This document shows, one piece after another, positions 1 to 9,010 of a stretch of DNA of 64,000 nt. A model generated the notes under the pieces. The model saw nothing but the letters and a program-made list of their open reading frames with translations. It ran no database searches and was not told the origin of the DNA. Each line of letters opens with the position of its first letter. Positions within the stretch are counted from its first letter, which is position 1. The position numbers and the translations under genes were made by a program. This stretch comes from an uncultured virus (IMG/VR IMGVR_UViG_3300021087_000674) (taxonomy: Duplodnaviria; Heunggongvirae; Uroviricota; Caudoviricetes). The stretch lies in IMG/VR virus record IMGVR_UViG_3300021087_000674; one strand, 5' to 3'.

Positions 1-2
1 TA

Positions 3-1694
3 GATCATAATAGCATAGACTATGAAATGCAGGATTTTAGTGATATGATTTTTCAATTACTTGGAGCAAAATATATAGATGGCACACCTTTAACTGATGA
101 AGAATTAGAAGAATTTGAAAAAACAGATGAACTTCTTGATTGGATTGCAGAGGATTATGCAACACAAGGAGAATCAACTAAAGAAGATAGCAAAGAAAAC
201 TTTTCTTTTGGTCAAATAGCAAAAGCAAAAGCATATGCTAAATTATATATAGATAATTATACAACCGCTGTAAAAAATATTGAAAAAATTGCAAAAGGAT
301 TATCAAGCCATCCAGATGTTGCTGATGCATTAAGAAAAGCAAACGAAGATCATGAACCTAGTTTATCAGATTTTACAGATCCAGGTACACCAGAAGAATT
401 AGCTAAAGAAATTTATTTTAGAGGGTCTGGCGCAAAAGAATATCAAGCACAATATAAAACTTGGCAAGAATTTATGAATTCAGAAGACTTTGAAATGGAA
501 GTTGATAGATTAAGAAGTAAATTTGAAGATAACAAAGATACAAAAAAACAATCTAGCGATGAATTAATGAAACAATTTCTTGCTAAAGGTGGTAAAGTAC
601 AAAAAGTACCTACAGGACAAACTGCATATAAAGGAAAACAATTAAAACCAGCCTTTAAAAAAGATCCAGCTTTAAAAAACACACCTATTACAAGTCCAGG
701 AAGTGATGAATCAGTCAAAGAAGATAAGGAAGCAACTTTATTAGGCAAAGCTGAGGCTTCTTTAATGCACGGATTAGAAATGGCCCAGGCTGTACTTAAA
801 AAAGATTATGGCCTTGCAGAAGTTCAGGCTAAAGTTATTTCAGAAAATTGGCCACCTTTAATTGATTCAATTAAAAATGTATATAAAACTAATTCTGCAA
901 AAGAAGATTTAGCTTCAATACTAAATTTTGATAAAAAAGATTATGGATTGAAAGAAAGAATGCCAGCATCAATTATTAAGCACAAACAAAAACTTGCTAT
1001 GATGACTGATAAAGAATTAGCAGACAGATTTAAAGATAAAGATGAAAAAACATTACGTCAAATAGCTTGGAGACATGGTTACGGTAACATGAGTTCACAT
1101 TATTGGGATAGAGTACAAGCTGGCAGACAAGAAACAACTGAAAATGTAGATCATCTAGGATTAGCAATTAAAAAAGAAGACAGTAAAGTAAAAGAAGAAG
1201 CACCATTTGGAACAGGAATGGATTTAGTTAGAATGGCTGTAATGAGAAAATTTTTATCAGCAGAAGAATATGTAAATTTTGCAAAAGAATTAAAGGCGGC
1301 AGGTGAAGAAGTTGCTAATGGTCCACATTATGCAGATTGGCCAGATGGGGAAGGCTTTGGATCTTCTGATGGAAACTTTGCAATTAGAGATTTAATGAGT
1401 ACAGCAGGATACGAATTTGATGACAAAGATACAAGTGGTAGATTTGTTGTAACTAAAATGCCAGAGAAGTTAGCAAAAATGGGTATAACAAATGTAAGAA
1501 TGAAACAACCAGAGTTACCTGTTGCAAAAGAACAAGATAGTGATGGTATGCAACCAGCTGACTTAAAAAGATTAGGTCAATCAGTACCTAAAATATATGT
1601 TCATAAAAATGGTAAAACAATTTTAATTCCTAAAAGTAAACATAACGAGTTTCTTGCTAAAGGGTGGAAAAAATCGGCATTGAGGGCAGAATAA
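3..1694 (+). CDS. 5'-truncated acidic modular protein, putative internal head (poly)protein containing a SutA-like FLAKGGKVQKVP motif
   Basis: Frame is open from the window edge (GAT CAT AAT...) upstream of the ATG at 27; Glu/Lys-rich segments are separated by ESxxE/xKE motifs. Confidence 0.5.
   Translation, partial: DHNSIDYEMQDFSDMIFQLLGAKYIDGTPLTDEELEEFEKTDELLDWIAEDYATQGESTKEDSKENFSFGQIAKAKAYAKLYIDNYTTAVKNIEKIAKGLSSHPDVADALRKANEDHEPSLSDFTDPGTPEELAKEIYFRGSGAKEYQAQYKTWQEFMNSEDFEMEVDRLRSKFEDNKDTKKQSSDELMKQFLAKGGKVQKVPTGQTAYKGKQLKPAFKKDPALKNTPITSPGSDESVKEDKEATLLGKAEASLMHGLEMAQAVLKKDYGLAEVQAKVISENWPPLIDSIKNVYKTNSAKEDLASILNFDKKDYGLKERMPASIIKHKQKLAMMTDKELADRFKDKDEKTLRQIAWRHGYGNMSSHYWDRVQAGRQETTENVDHLGLAIKKEDSKVKEEAPFGTGMDLVRMAVMRKFLSAEEYVNFAKELKAAGEEVANGPHYADWPDGEGFGSSDGNFAIRDLMSTAGYEFDDKDTSGRFVVTKMPEKLAKMGITNVRMKQPELPVAKEQDSDGMQPADLKRLGQSVPKIYVHKNGKTILIPKSKHNEFLAKGWKKSALRAE
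576..611 (+). repeat. 36-nt exact direct repeat, copy 1 (copy 2 at 3569-3604; 14-nt partial at 1650-1663)
   Basis: TTTCTTGCTAAAGGTGGTAAAGTACAAAAAGTACCT read at both positions. Confidence 0.95.
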
Positions 1695-2923
1695 TGCGAT
1701 CTAAAGATTTTTTCACTTCCGAAAAAAAATTATCTAAAAAACAAAAATCTAAAAAAGAAAAATATGTCAAAGGCATGAAGAAAGGTGCCAAAGATTTTAA
1801 AGCAAGATATGGCAAAGATTACAAATCTGTAATGTATGCTACTGCTACAAAAATGGCTAAAGAAAACACAAATGAAAGTCCTATAGAACAAGATAGAGAT
1901 AATCCTATTGCAAAACCATATGTAGATACACCAGAATGGAAAACTCTACACGATATGGATGATAAAATTATTGACGCATACATCAAACATAAAGATTTTA
2001 AAGAAGAATCAATTACTGAACATAGAGGATTAATTGGAACTTATGCTAGAGAAATAGCAACAGGCAAACTTGTAAGAATAGTTGACTATACAGATGATGA
2101 TGAAGGCATTTACACAATATCTTACGGAGATGGTAAAGGTGAAACAGATGTAGTAGCGAAAGATTTAAAATTTATGGACCCTACTTCTTATTGGTCCGAT
2201 GAAGATGAAAATTTAGATGAAGGTGTAAAAGAATATCTAAGAAAGTTAGCGGCGGCTGGAATAATTATAGGAACTTTAGCAGGTGTTGGTTCAATTAATG
2301 ACGCATTAAACAATAGTGTTGATGTTGTAAAAGCAATGAACTCTGCATTAGAAATTGCACAAGAACAAGGTGACAATGAAAAAGCTAACGAAATTACACA
2401 AGATATAAAAGGCGTAAAATTAAGACTTGATATAGGTAAAGATTTAAATCAAGTAAAATATATGCAAAAGAAATATGAAAAATTTATGCCTGACAATGAA
2501 AGTGCTATGAAAGAAGGGGCAAGTTTAAATCCATATTTTTTAACTAAAAAAGAATTTAATGGTAAAATGCAAGACGTTTGGGAATTCCCAGATGGCATGG
2601 GGGATGAAGATGAAAGTCCTTATCTTTCAAACTTTTCAATGAGAGATGTATTAAATTCATTAGGTATGGACCCTAATTTTGAAGACGCAGGACCAATGCC
2701 TATAGATAAATTTATTAATATTACAACTCAATGGTTAAAGAAACACATTAATAAACCATCTGGAGAAGTACCTACAACAGTTGATAAATCCGGAGGTGGA
2801 GCAACTATGATAGGTGGAGGTAAACCAGAAGGTTGGGATAATAGATTAATAATGCAATTCAATCAATTTGCACGTCATATTAAACAAAAGTTTCCTAAAG
2901 TTACTCATATAGGAATTGCATAA
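1694..2923 (+). CDS. hypothetical modular protein, putative internal head protein
   Basis: ATG overlaps the upstream TAA (TAATG); starts MRSKDFFTSE; contains ENTNE, ESITE, ENLDE and ESAMKE linkers. Confidence 0.5.
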   Translation: MRSKDFFTSEKKLSKKQKSKKEKYVKGMKKGAKDFKARYGKDYKSVMYATATKMAKENTNESPIEQDRDNPIAKPYVDTPEWKTLHDMDDKIIDAYIKHKDFKEESITEHRGLIGTYAREIATGKLVRIVDYTDDDEGIYTISYGDGKGETDVVAKDLKFMDPTSYWSDEDENLDEGVKEYLRKLAAAGIIIGTLAGVGSINDALNNSVDVVKAMNSALEIAQEQGDNEKANEITQDIKGVKLRLDIGKDLNQVKYMQKKYEKFMPDNESAMKEGASLNPYFLTKKEFNGKMQDVWEFPDGMGDEDESPYLSNFSMRDVLNSLGMDPNFEDAGPMPIDKFINITTQWLKKHINKPSGEVPTTVDKSGGGATMIGGGKPEGWDNRLIMQFNQFARHIKQKFPKVTHIGIA

Positions 2924-2928
2924 TTCTA

Positions 2929-3495
2929 ATGAAATATTTTGAAGTGGAAGGCGGAGAGCCTGTAAACAAACCAATAGTTTATGTAGATATGGATGGAGTT
3001 TTAGCAGACTTCTTTGGTGGCGTAGAAAAATTATATGGTGTTGACCACTGGAAACAATTAGTATCTGATAAAACTAAAGATCTTAAACAAGAAGTTATTA
3101 CTAGAATAACAGGCACAGATTTCTTTAAAACATTACCCAAATTTCCTACTGCTGATAATTTAATTGCAACTGTTAAAGAATTTACAGGTGGTACATTTTC
3201 TATATTATCATCTCCATTAAGAGGTGACCATGAAAATTCAGCAAATGGCAAAAGATTTTGGTTACAACAAAACATAGAAGCACCTAATCAAATTATTATT
3301 ACTGGGCGTAAAGAATCATATGCAAAAGATAAGAGAACAGGAGTATCTAACATACTAATTGACGATAGACCAAAAAATTTAAACCGTTGGAAAGCATCGG
3401 GTGGTTATGGAATTTTATATCAGGCCAACAGGAATCCTATAAGTAAAGTAAAAACGGAGTTAGAACAATATGGGCAAGTTCATAGCAATCAATAG
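2929..3495 (+). CDS. HAD-superfamily 5'(3')-deoxyribonucleotidase (NT5C-like)
   Basis: YVDMDGVLADF motif I and ILIDDRPKN motif IV. Confidence 0.85.
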   Translation: MKYFEVEGGEPVNKPIVYVDMDGVLADFFGGVEKLYGVDHWKQLVSDKTKDLKQEVITRITGTDFFKTLPKFPTADNLIATVKEFTGGTFSILSSPLRGDHENSANGKRFWLQQNIEAPNQIIITGRKESYAKDKRTGVSNILIDDRPKNLNRWKASGGYGILYQANRNPISKVKTELEQYGQVHSNQ

Positions 3496-3646
3496 AGCTT
3501 ACACGGCAGGCAAAACAGAAAAAAGCCCTCTAGAAAAACAAAAAGAACTTGATGATATGATGCAAAAGTTTCTTGCTAAAGGTGGTAAAGTACAAAAAGT
3601 ACCTTATAAAGTAACTAAAGATCAATTAAAAAGAGGTAAATTATAA
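3470..3646 (+). CDS. 58-aa protein with SutA-like RNAP-binding motif (not in the ORF track)
   Basis: GGAG at 3456-3459, ATG at 3470, MGKF...ELDDMMQKFLAKGGKVQKVPY...; stop overlaps the next ATG. Confidence 0.7.
   Translation: MGKFIAINRAYTAGKTEKSPLEKQKELDDMMQKFLAKGGKVQKVPYKVTKDQLKRGKL
3569..3604 (+). repeat. 36-nt exact direct repeat, copy 2
   Basis: Identical to 576-611. Confidence 0.95.
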
Positions 3647-3840
3647 TGAAAATATTTGAAATTGTAGCATTACCTTTAGAAGAGTCCAGAACAAAAATTG
3701 TTCAACTTATAAAGAATAAAAAAGAAGAAGGTGTAGGCATTATTACTAAACAAAACACTACAGTAGACGTTAAGCCCGGAGATGAGTTCAAAAACGTTAA
3801 AAAACTAGGGTTAGGCACTACAATTAAAAAGCTAAGATAA
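3646..3840 (+). CDS. hypothetical protein (MKIFEI N-terminus)
   Basis: ORF translationally coupled to the upstream ORF. Confidence 0.7.
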   Translation: MKIFEIVALPLEESRTKIVQLIKNKKEEGVGIITKQNTTVDVKPGDEFKNVKKLGLGTTIKKLR

Positions 3841-3848
3841 TATAAATA
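3841..3848 (+). promoter_or_regulatory. T4-type late promoter-like box TATAAATA
   Basis: Exact TATAAATA in an intergenic gap before AAGGAG and ATG 3876. Confidence 0.7.
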
Positions 3849-3875
3849 CAAGTATAACACTAAAGGAGATACACT

Positions 3876-4121
3876 ATGGCGGCGGCAGACGAAACAGCAT
3901 TAGCAGAAGTAGTAGCAGAAAATAACTGGGCTAAAACTATAGCCGAGAGTGCAGTAACAATAAACACAAATTTCAAGAACGGTAGTATTACCAAAAATGA
4001 AATGATTGATCAAGTAAATGCTCTTATCGATGGAGATAAAGAGTATGCACATAGACAATTGGGTGTTAGAACTGCAGAAAAACTACATCAAGCTATTAAA
4101 AATATAATCAAAGTAGACTAG
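3876..4121 (+). CDS. hypothetical protein
   Basis: ORF with strong SD AAGGAG. Confidence 0.8.
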   Translation: MAAADETALAEVVAENNWAKTIAESAVTINTNFKNGSITKNEMIDQVNALIDGDKEYAHRQLGVRTAEKLHQAIKNIIKVD

Positions 4122-4154
4122 TAGTTTCCCCTAGGTTTGTCTTTTCATTTCACA

Positions 4155-4337
4155 ATGAAAATCAACGAAATCAAAAGAAGACACGATCATCATTATGGCA
4201 TTGACCCTAATGCCAAGACCGTAACCTACCCACACGTAATTGGTAACGTTTACGGTAAAAAGAATTTAAAAGTTCCTCACGCCAAATATAGCATTAGTAA
4301 AAGAGCCAAACAAATCTATAAAGGCAAAAATAAATAG
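4155..4337 (+). CDS. hypothetical basic protein (MKINEI N-terminus)
   Basis: ATG 4155 gives the same N-terminal motif as neighbouring genes. Confidence 0.6.
   Translation: MKINEIKRRHDHHYGIDPNAKTVTYPHVIGNVYGKKNLKVPHAKYSISKRAKQIYKGKNK
4329..4336 (+). promoter_or_regulatory. late promoter-like AATAAATA, 5 nt before ATG 4342
   Basis: AATAAATA-GTATT-ATG with no SD. Confidence 0.6.
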
Positions 4338-4341
4338 TATT

Positions 4342-4614
4342 ATGAAGATTAGAGAAATTTTAAGTACTAGAGTAGATGAATATGCAACAGCAGGAGCAAC
4401 TTCGGCTGGTAATATTGCCACTGTAAATAATCCACAAGTTGCAATTGGTCCTGATAGATTTAAAAAATCTTATACAGGGTATCCAGGAAAATCAGGATGG
4501 AAAGCTCCTAAAGTACCTAAAGTAGCTACACCTAAACACCCAGACGGTAGAGTTAAAGGTGCTCACGAAATGCCTAACGTAAGTTTATTTGGGCAACCTA
4601 TTAAGCGAGTATAA
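4342..4614 (+). CDS. hypothetical protein (MKIREI N-terminus)
   Basis: ORF; MKIREILSTRVDE followed by ATAGATSAGNIA. Confidence 0.75.
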   Translation: MKIREILSTRVDEYATAGATSAGNIATVNNPQVAIGPDRFKKSYTGYPGKSGWKAPKVPKVATPKHPDGRVKGAHEMPNVSLFGQPIKRV

Positions 4615-4617
4615 ATA
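4610..4617 (+). promoter_or_regulatory. late promoter-like TATAAATA, 5 nt before ATG 4623
   Basis: TATAAATA-CTACT-ATG. Confidence 0.7.
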
Positions 4618-4622
4618 CTACT

Positions 4623-5123
4623 ATGAAGCACAAAGAAATCAAAGTTAAAGAAAATTTTGCAGACGAGGCTAAAAAAGCTGAATCAGACCACGAAGTGCAA
4701 ATGGCACGAGGTGACTTATATAAAGCCGCAAAATGTTCAATTAAACTTCATGACATGATGAAAAGTGTTAGTGAATCTGAAGGACTAGAAGGCTGGATAC
4801 AAGCAAAAATTACTAAAGCTTCTGATTACTTAACTACTGTATTCAATCATTTTGATTATAAACAAAAATTTAATAATTCAATAAATTACGTAGGTGAAAC
4901 TAATCCTATGCCTGACATGAACAAATATGGAATATACACTACAAAGAGTAAAGATGGTGATTTCCAAGTATGGCAAGGTGACAAACATTTAGGAACGTTT
5001 AAAACAATAGAAGATGTTGATGCGTTTTTACATGACTATTTAGACAAAAAAGAAACAACTAATACACAAGATTCTTACAAAGAAAACCTTTCTACAAAAC
5101 TTCAAAATAAGTTATCAAAATAA
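4623..5123 (+). CDS. hypothetical phage protein (MKHKEI N-terminus)
   Basis: ORF with DHEVQMA...LEGWIQAKITKASDYL helical motif. Confidence 0.75.
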   Translation: MKHKEIKVKENFADEAKKAESDHEVQMARGDLYKAAKCSIKLHDMMKSVSESEGLEGWIQAKITKASDYLTTVFNHFDYKQKFNNSINYVGETNPMPDMNKYGIYTTKSKDGDFQVWQGDKHLGTFKTIEDVDAFLHDYLDKKETTNTQDSYKENLSTKLQNKLSK

Positions 5124-5197
5124 AGTCAATTCCTTAAAATACAATAAATACTCTTATAATTACGTTATGGAAAAATTATTAGAGGAGGTACCGAGGT

Positions 5198-5905
5198 ATG
5201 GCTTATTTAATAGCAAACTTACCGCCAGTAGACTGTTATGTTAGAATGGAATATCTCTATGACCTGCAAAAAGATGATAACGGAAAATTATTAGGTCAAG
5301 GCAAATATACTCCTGCTGTCTGGATTACTGTAAAAAGTATATCAGGTAAAGCATTATATATAGAATCCTTACTTCCAGAATATGGTGCATTATACGATAA
5401 ACTACCTCTGAGTGCATACGTTTGGAAAACAGATGCAGATACAAGTAAATTTTTACCTTTAGATCATTTAGAAATTTGGGATTCCTTTTCATATTACATT
5501 ACAGTTTTAGAAAAAGCAACATTATCAGGACTTCGTTGTTCATTTTTAGGTAAAGACAAAAAAATGCATAGTGGTGAATATATGTTTACAATAGATAGTT
5601 GCCATAGCAATGACAATGAACTCAATACAACTTTTTCTGAAATACCTGATGAACACAAATCATTTAATGTAATGAAATTAGATAACGGACAATATGCCGC
5701 ACAACCAAATAACAGAATGAGATGGTTTGAGCAAAGTTTAGTATCTCATGAAACTAAAACAGCAGATTTTAAAGTTAGCACAAGAGAATATAGTGTAGAA
5801 GATAATCCAAAATGGTCAGCCAATTACGGTGATGGCGATACTTGGGCATATGAATTAAAAGAACATAAACCAAAAATTGATAAACCAAATCCTAATAAAG
5901 AATAA
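5198..5905 (+). CDS. conserved hypothetical phage protein
   Basis: 235-aa ORF with SD GAGG and AATAAATA at 5143-5150. Confidence 0.75.
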   Translation: MAYLIANLPPVDCYVRMEYLYDLQKDDNGKLLGQGKYTPAVWITVKSISGKALYIESLLPEYGALYDKLPLSAYVWKTDADTSKFLPLDHLEIWDSFSYYITVLEKATLSGLRCSFLGKDKKMHSGEYMFTIDSCHSNDNELNTTFSEIPDEHKSFNVMKLDNGQYAAQPNNRMRWFEQSLVSHETKTADFKVSTREYSVEDNPKWSANYGDGDTWAYELKEHKPKIDKPNPNKE

Positions 5906-5918
5906 TCAAAAAGAATTC

Positions 5919-5947
5919 TTGACATTTCAATCAATATTAAGTAAAAT
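5919..5947 (+). promoter_or_regulatory. sigma70-type promoter
   Basis: TTGACA-17 nt-TAAAAT. Confidence 0.8.
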
Positions 5948-5971
5948 AAGTTAAATTTATTGAGGAGAATT

Positions 5972-6232
5972 ATGAGTGAAAGAACTTATGGGCCAGAAGA
6001 ACAAGCCAAATTAAAAAGAATAGTAGATGAAGGAGCAAACGTTCTTTCAGAAGTAGAAGATTTAAGTGCAGGATTAAAAGACACCGTAAAAGCAGTAGCC
6101 GAAGAATTAGAAATCAAACCTGCCCTAATTAATAAGGCAATCAAAATTGCACATAAAGGTGATTGGAGCAAGTATTCAGAAGCTTTTGATAGCTTAGAAA
6201 ACTTGATAGTAGCAGTTGGCCAAGATAAGTGA
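5972..6232 (+). CDS. dsDNA-binding protein, T4 DsbA / GapR-like
   Basis: SD GAGGAG; helical pattern LKRIVDEG...LKDTVKAVAEELEIKPALINKAIKIAHK. Confidence 0.6.
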   Translation: MSERTYGPEEQAKLKRIVDEGANVLSEVEDLSAGLKDTVKAVAEELEIKPALINKAIKIAHKGDWSKYSEAFDSLENLIVAVGQDK

Positions 6233-6455
6233 AATAACTTGGTGGCTTAAATGGTTAGCCACTGCGACTTTAATTATAGGAACTGCGATTAATTCAGTAG
6301 GATATTATCCAGAAGGTCCAATCATTTTAGCTATAGGAGGAGTCCTTTGGCTAACAGTAAGTATAATTTGGAAAGAGCCTGCATTAATAGTGACTAATAT
6401 TACTTTGGTAACAGTTGCCGCGGTAGGATTAATTTGGACAAACTGGTTAACATAA
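6216..6455 (+). CDS. small membrane protein
   Basis: Three hydrophobic segments. Confidence 0.7.
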   Translation: MAKISEITWWLKWLATATLIIGTAINSVGYYPEGPIILAIGGVLWLTVSIIWKEPALIVTNITLVTVAAVGLIWTNWLT

Positions 6456-6456
6456 T

Positions 6457-6753
6457 ATGATATATTACATTGACATAGACGGGACCATTTGTTATACTGA
6501 AGGTAGCGACTATGATAATAGTAAACCTGATTTAGAAAAAATAAAACAGGTTAATGAATTATATGATAAAGGTCATGAAATTCATTATTGGACTTCCAGA
6601 GGAGGAATGTCTGGAAAAGACTGGTATCTATATACAGTAGCTCAACTTAATGAATGGGGTTGTAAATTTACATCAATTAACGTAGGTAAACCAGTTTATG
6701 ATAAATGGGTTGACGATAAAGCAATAAACGAAAAGGATTTTTTTAATGGCTGA
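6457..6753 (+). CDS. small HAD-family phosphatase
   Basis: YIDIDGTIC, WTSRG and GKP...WVDDKA motifs. Confidence 0.8.
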   Translation: MIYYIDIDGTICYTEGSDYDNSKPDLEKIKQVNELYDKGHEIHYWTSRGGMSGKDWYLYTVAQLNEWGCKFTSINVGKPVYDKWVDDKAINEKDFFNG

Positions 6754-7240
6754 TGATTTTGATAATGTAACGGAAGAATGTTTTACTTCCACTAAAAGTT
6801 TTTGGAACTTTCCTTGTGCTCATAGACAATATAGACACGATGGAAACTGTCATGTAATTCATGGATACAGCAGAAGTTTTCATTTTGTATTTGGAGTTAA
6901 ATCATTTACAAAAGAAGGCTTTGCAGTTGACTATGGTGACTTAAAAGAATTAAAAGCACATCTAGAACATATGTACGACCATACTCTAGTACTTGATGAA
7001 GAAGATCCATATATGGATAAATTTAGAGAATTAGAAAAAGCAGGAGTATGTAGAATTAGAACTCATCCAATGGGACCTGGTATGGAAGGTACTGCACATT
7101 ATCTTTGTGATTGGACAGACAAACATTTACGAGAAAAAACAAGAGGACGTGCTTGGGTTATTAGTGTAGAAGCAAGAGAAAATGATAAAAATAGTTCAAT
7201 CTATACAAATCCAAATGCTGGATTTAAAGGATGGTTATAA
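6746..7240 (+). CDS. queD: 6-carboxytetrahydropterin synthase (PTPS/QueD)
   Basis: CAHRQ...CHVIHGYS, DYGDLK...YDHT and REND motifs. Confidence 0.85.
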   Translation: MADDFDNVTEECFTSTKSFWNFPCAHRQYRHDGNCHVIHGYSRSFHFVFGVKSFTKEGFAVDYGDLKELKAHLEHMYDHTLVLDEEDPYMDKFRELEKAGVCRIRTHPMGPGMEGTAHYLCDWTDKHLREKTRGRAWVISVEARENDKNSSIYTNPNAGFKGWL

Positions 7241-7241
7241 T

Positions 7242-7790
7242 ATGAATAAAATGTGGCCTTCACCTGGTGAACATAGAATGGTAGCGAATGGTAGTAAATG
7301 TATGGTACCTAACACAACATTTAAAACTAGAGTAGCAGGTGAGTGGTTAGATGTAACTACAGATGATTTATTTAAAAATAAAAAAGTAGTTATATTTTCG
7401 TTACCTGGTGCATTTACCCCAACGTGTTCAAGCACACATTTACCAGGATATGAATTAAAAGCTGACAGTATTAAAGAAACAGGCATAGATGAAGTTTATT
7501 GTATATCAGTAAATGATGCATTTGTAATGAATGCTTGGGCAAAAGATTTAAAAGCAGAAAAAATTAAAATGATTCCCGACGGTAATGGAAAATTTACTGA
7601 AGGAATGGGTATGTTAATCAACAAAGAACATTTAGGTTTTGGCAAACGAAGCTGGAGATACTCTGCAGTTGTAGACAACGGTGAAGTAATCAAAATGTTT
7701 ATAGAATCAGGCAAGAATGATATAGGTGAAGACCAAGATCCATTTGAAACATCTGATGTTGATACCATGCTTAAATATCTTAGAACATAA
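7242..7790 (+). CDS. peroxiredoxin (Prx5/Redoxin family)
   Basis: LPGAFTPTCSSTHLPGY, SVNDAFVM and RSWRY motifs. Confidence 0.92.
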   Translation: MNKMWPSPGEHRMVANGSKCMVPNTTFKTRVAGEWLDVTTDDLFKNKKVVIFSLPGAFTPTCSSTHLPGYELKADSIKETGIDEVYCISVNDAFVMNAWAKDLKAEKIKMIPDGNGKFTEGMGMLINKEHLGFGKRSWRYSAVVDNGEVIKMFIESGKNDIGEDQDPFETSDVDTMLKYLRT

Positions 7791-7801
7791 CGGAGAAATA
7801 A

Positions 7802-8998
7802 ATGAAAATACTTTGTATACTATACGACGATCCAAAAGACGGAATGCCTACAAGCTATCCAGTTAAGGATCTACCAAAATTAGAAAAATATCCAGACGGA
7901 ATGACACTACCAACACCTAAGGGCAGAGATTTTACGCCAGGTGATTTATTAGGTTGTGTATCTGGAGAGTTAGGATTAAGAAAATTTTTAGAAGATGCTG
8001 GACACACATTAGTTGTTACATCTGACAAAGACGGAGAAGGTTGTCAAGCAGACAAAGAATTAGTTGATGCTGACGTTGTTATATCTCAACCGTTTTGGCC
8101 ATATTACTTGACAAGAGAAAAAATGGAAAGTGCACCAAATTTAAAAATGGCAATTACAGCAGGTATTGGATCTGACCACGTTGATTTACAAGCGGCAATG
8201 GATCGTAAAGTTGATGTAGTTGAAGTAACTTATTGTAATTCAAGATCAGTTGCTGAACATATTGTAATGATGATTTTATCTTTAGTTAGAGATTATCATA
8301 ATCAACACAGAATAGTAAACGAAGGTGGTTGGCATATTGCTGACGCTGTAAAACGTTCTTATGATGTTGAAGGAATGCACGTAGGTACTATTGCGGCAGG
8401 ACGTATCGGTTATGATATGTTAAGAAAGATGGCACCATTCGATGTACATCTACATTATTTTGACAAACATAGATTATCTGAAGATAAGGAAAAAGAATTA
8501 AATTTAACTTATCATGATTCAGTTGAATCTTTAATAGCAGTTTGTGATGTGATTAATATAAGTTGTCCATTACACCCTGAAACAGAACATATGTTTAATG
8601 ATGATTTAATCAGTAAATGTAAACCTGGTGCGTATATTATTAATACTGCAAGAGGAAAAATATGTGATAAAGATGCTATTGCAAGAGCATTAGAATCTGG
8701 ACAGTTAAGTGGCTATGCTGGAGACGTTTGGTTTCCACAACCAGCACCTAATGACCATGTTTGGAGAAGTATGCCAAACCATGGTATGACACCACATACA
8801 TCAGGAACATCACTATCAGCACAAACAAGATATGCTGACGGTGTTAGAGAAATACTAGAATGTTTCTTTGATGGCACACCAATAAGAGATCCGTACTTAA
8901 TTGTACAAAATGGAGAACTTGCTGGAATGGGTGCTCACTCATATACGAAAGGAACAGCAACTGGTGGATCAGAAGAAGCGGCTAAATTTAAAAAATAA
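7802..8998 (+). CDS. fdh: NAD-dependent formate dehydrogenase
   Basis: LLGCVSGELGLRKFLE, ISQPFWP, AGIGSDHVDL, AAGRIG, NTARG, GDVWFPQP and MTPHTSG signatures. Confidence 0.95.
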   Translation: MKILCILYDDPKDGMPTSYPVKDLPKLEKYPDGMTLPTPKGRDFTPGDLLGCVSGELGLRKFLEDAGHTLVVTSDKDGEGCQADKELVDADVVISQPFWPYYLTREKMESAPNLKMAITAGIGSDHVDLQAAMDRKVDVVEVTYCNSRSVAEHIVMMILSLVRDYHNQHRIVNEGGWHIADAVKRSYDVEGMHVGTIAAGRIGYDMLRKMAPFDVHLHYFDKHRLSEDKEKELNLTYHDSVESLIAVCDVINISCPLHPETEHMFNDDLISKCKPGAYIINTARGKICDKDAIARALESGQLSGYAGDVWFPQPAPNDHVWRSMPNHGMTPHTSGTSLSAQTRYADGVREILECFFDGTPIRDPYLIVQNGELAGMGAHSYTKGTATGGSEEAAKFKK

Positions 8999-9010
8999 AA
9001 CAGAATCTAA

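Noticed and set aside
576..3604. 36-nt repeat as a CRISPR repeat or att site
   Set aside because: Only two copies, 3 kb apart, both in-frame coding the same peptide; no spacers, cas genes or integrase.
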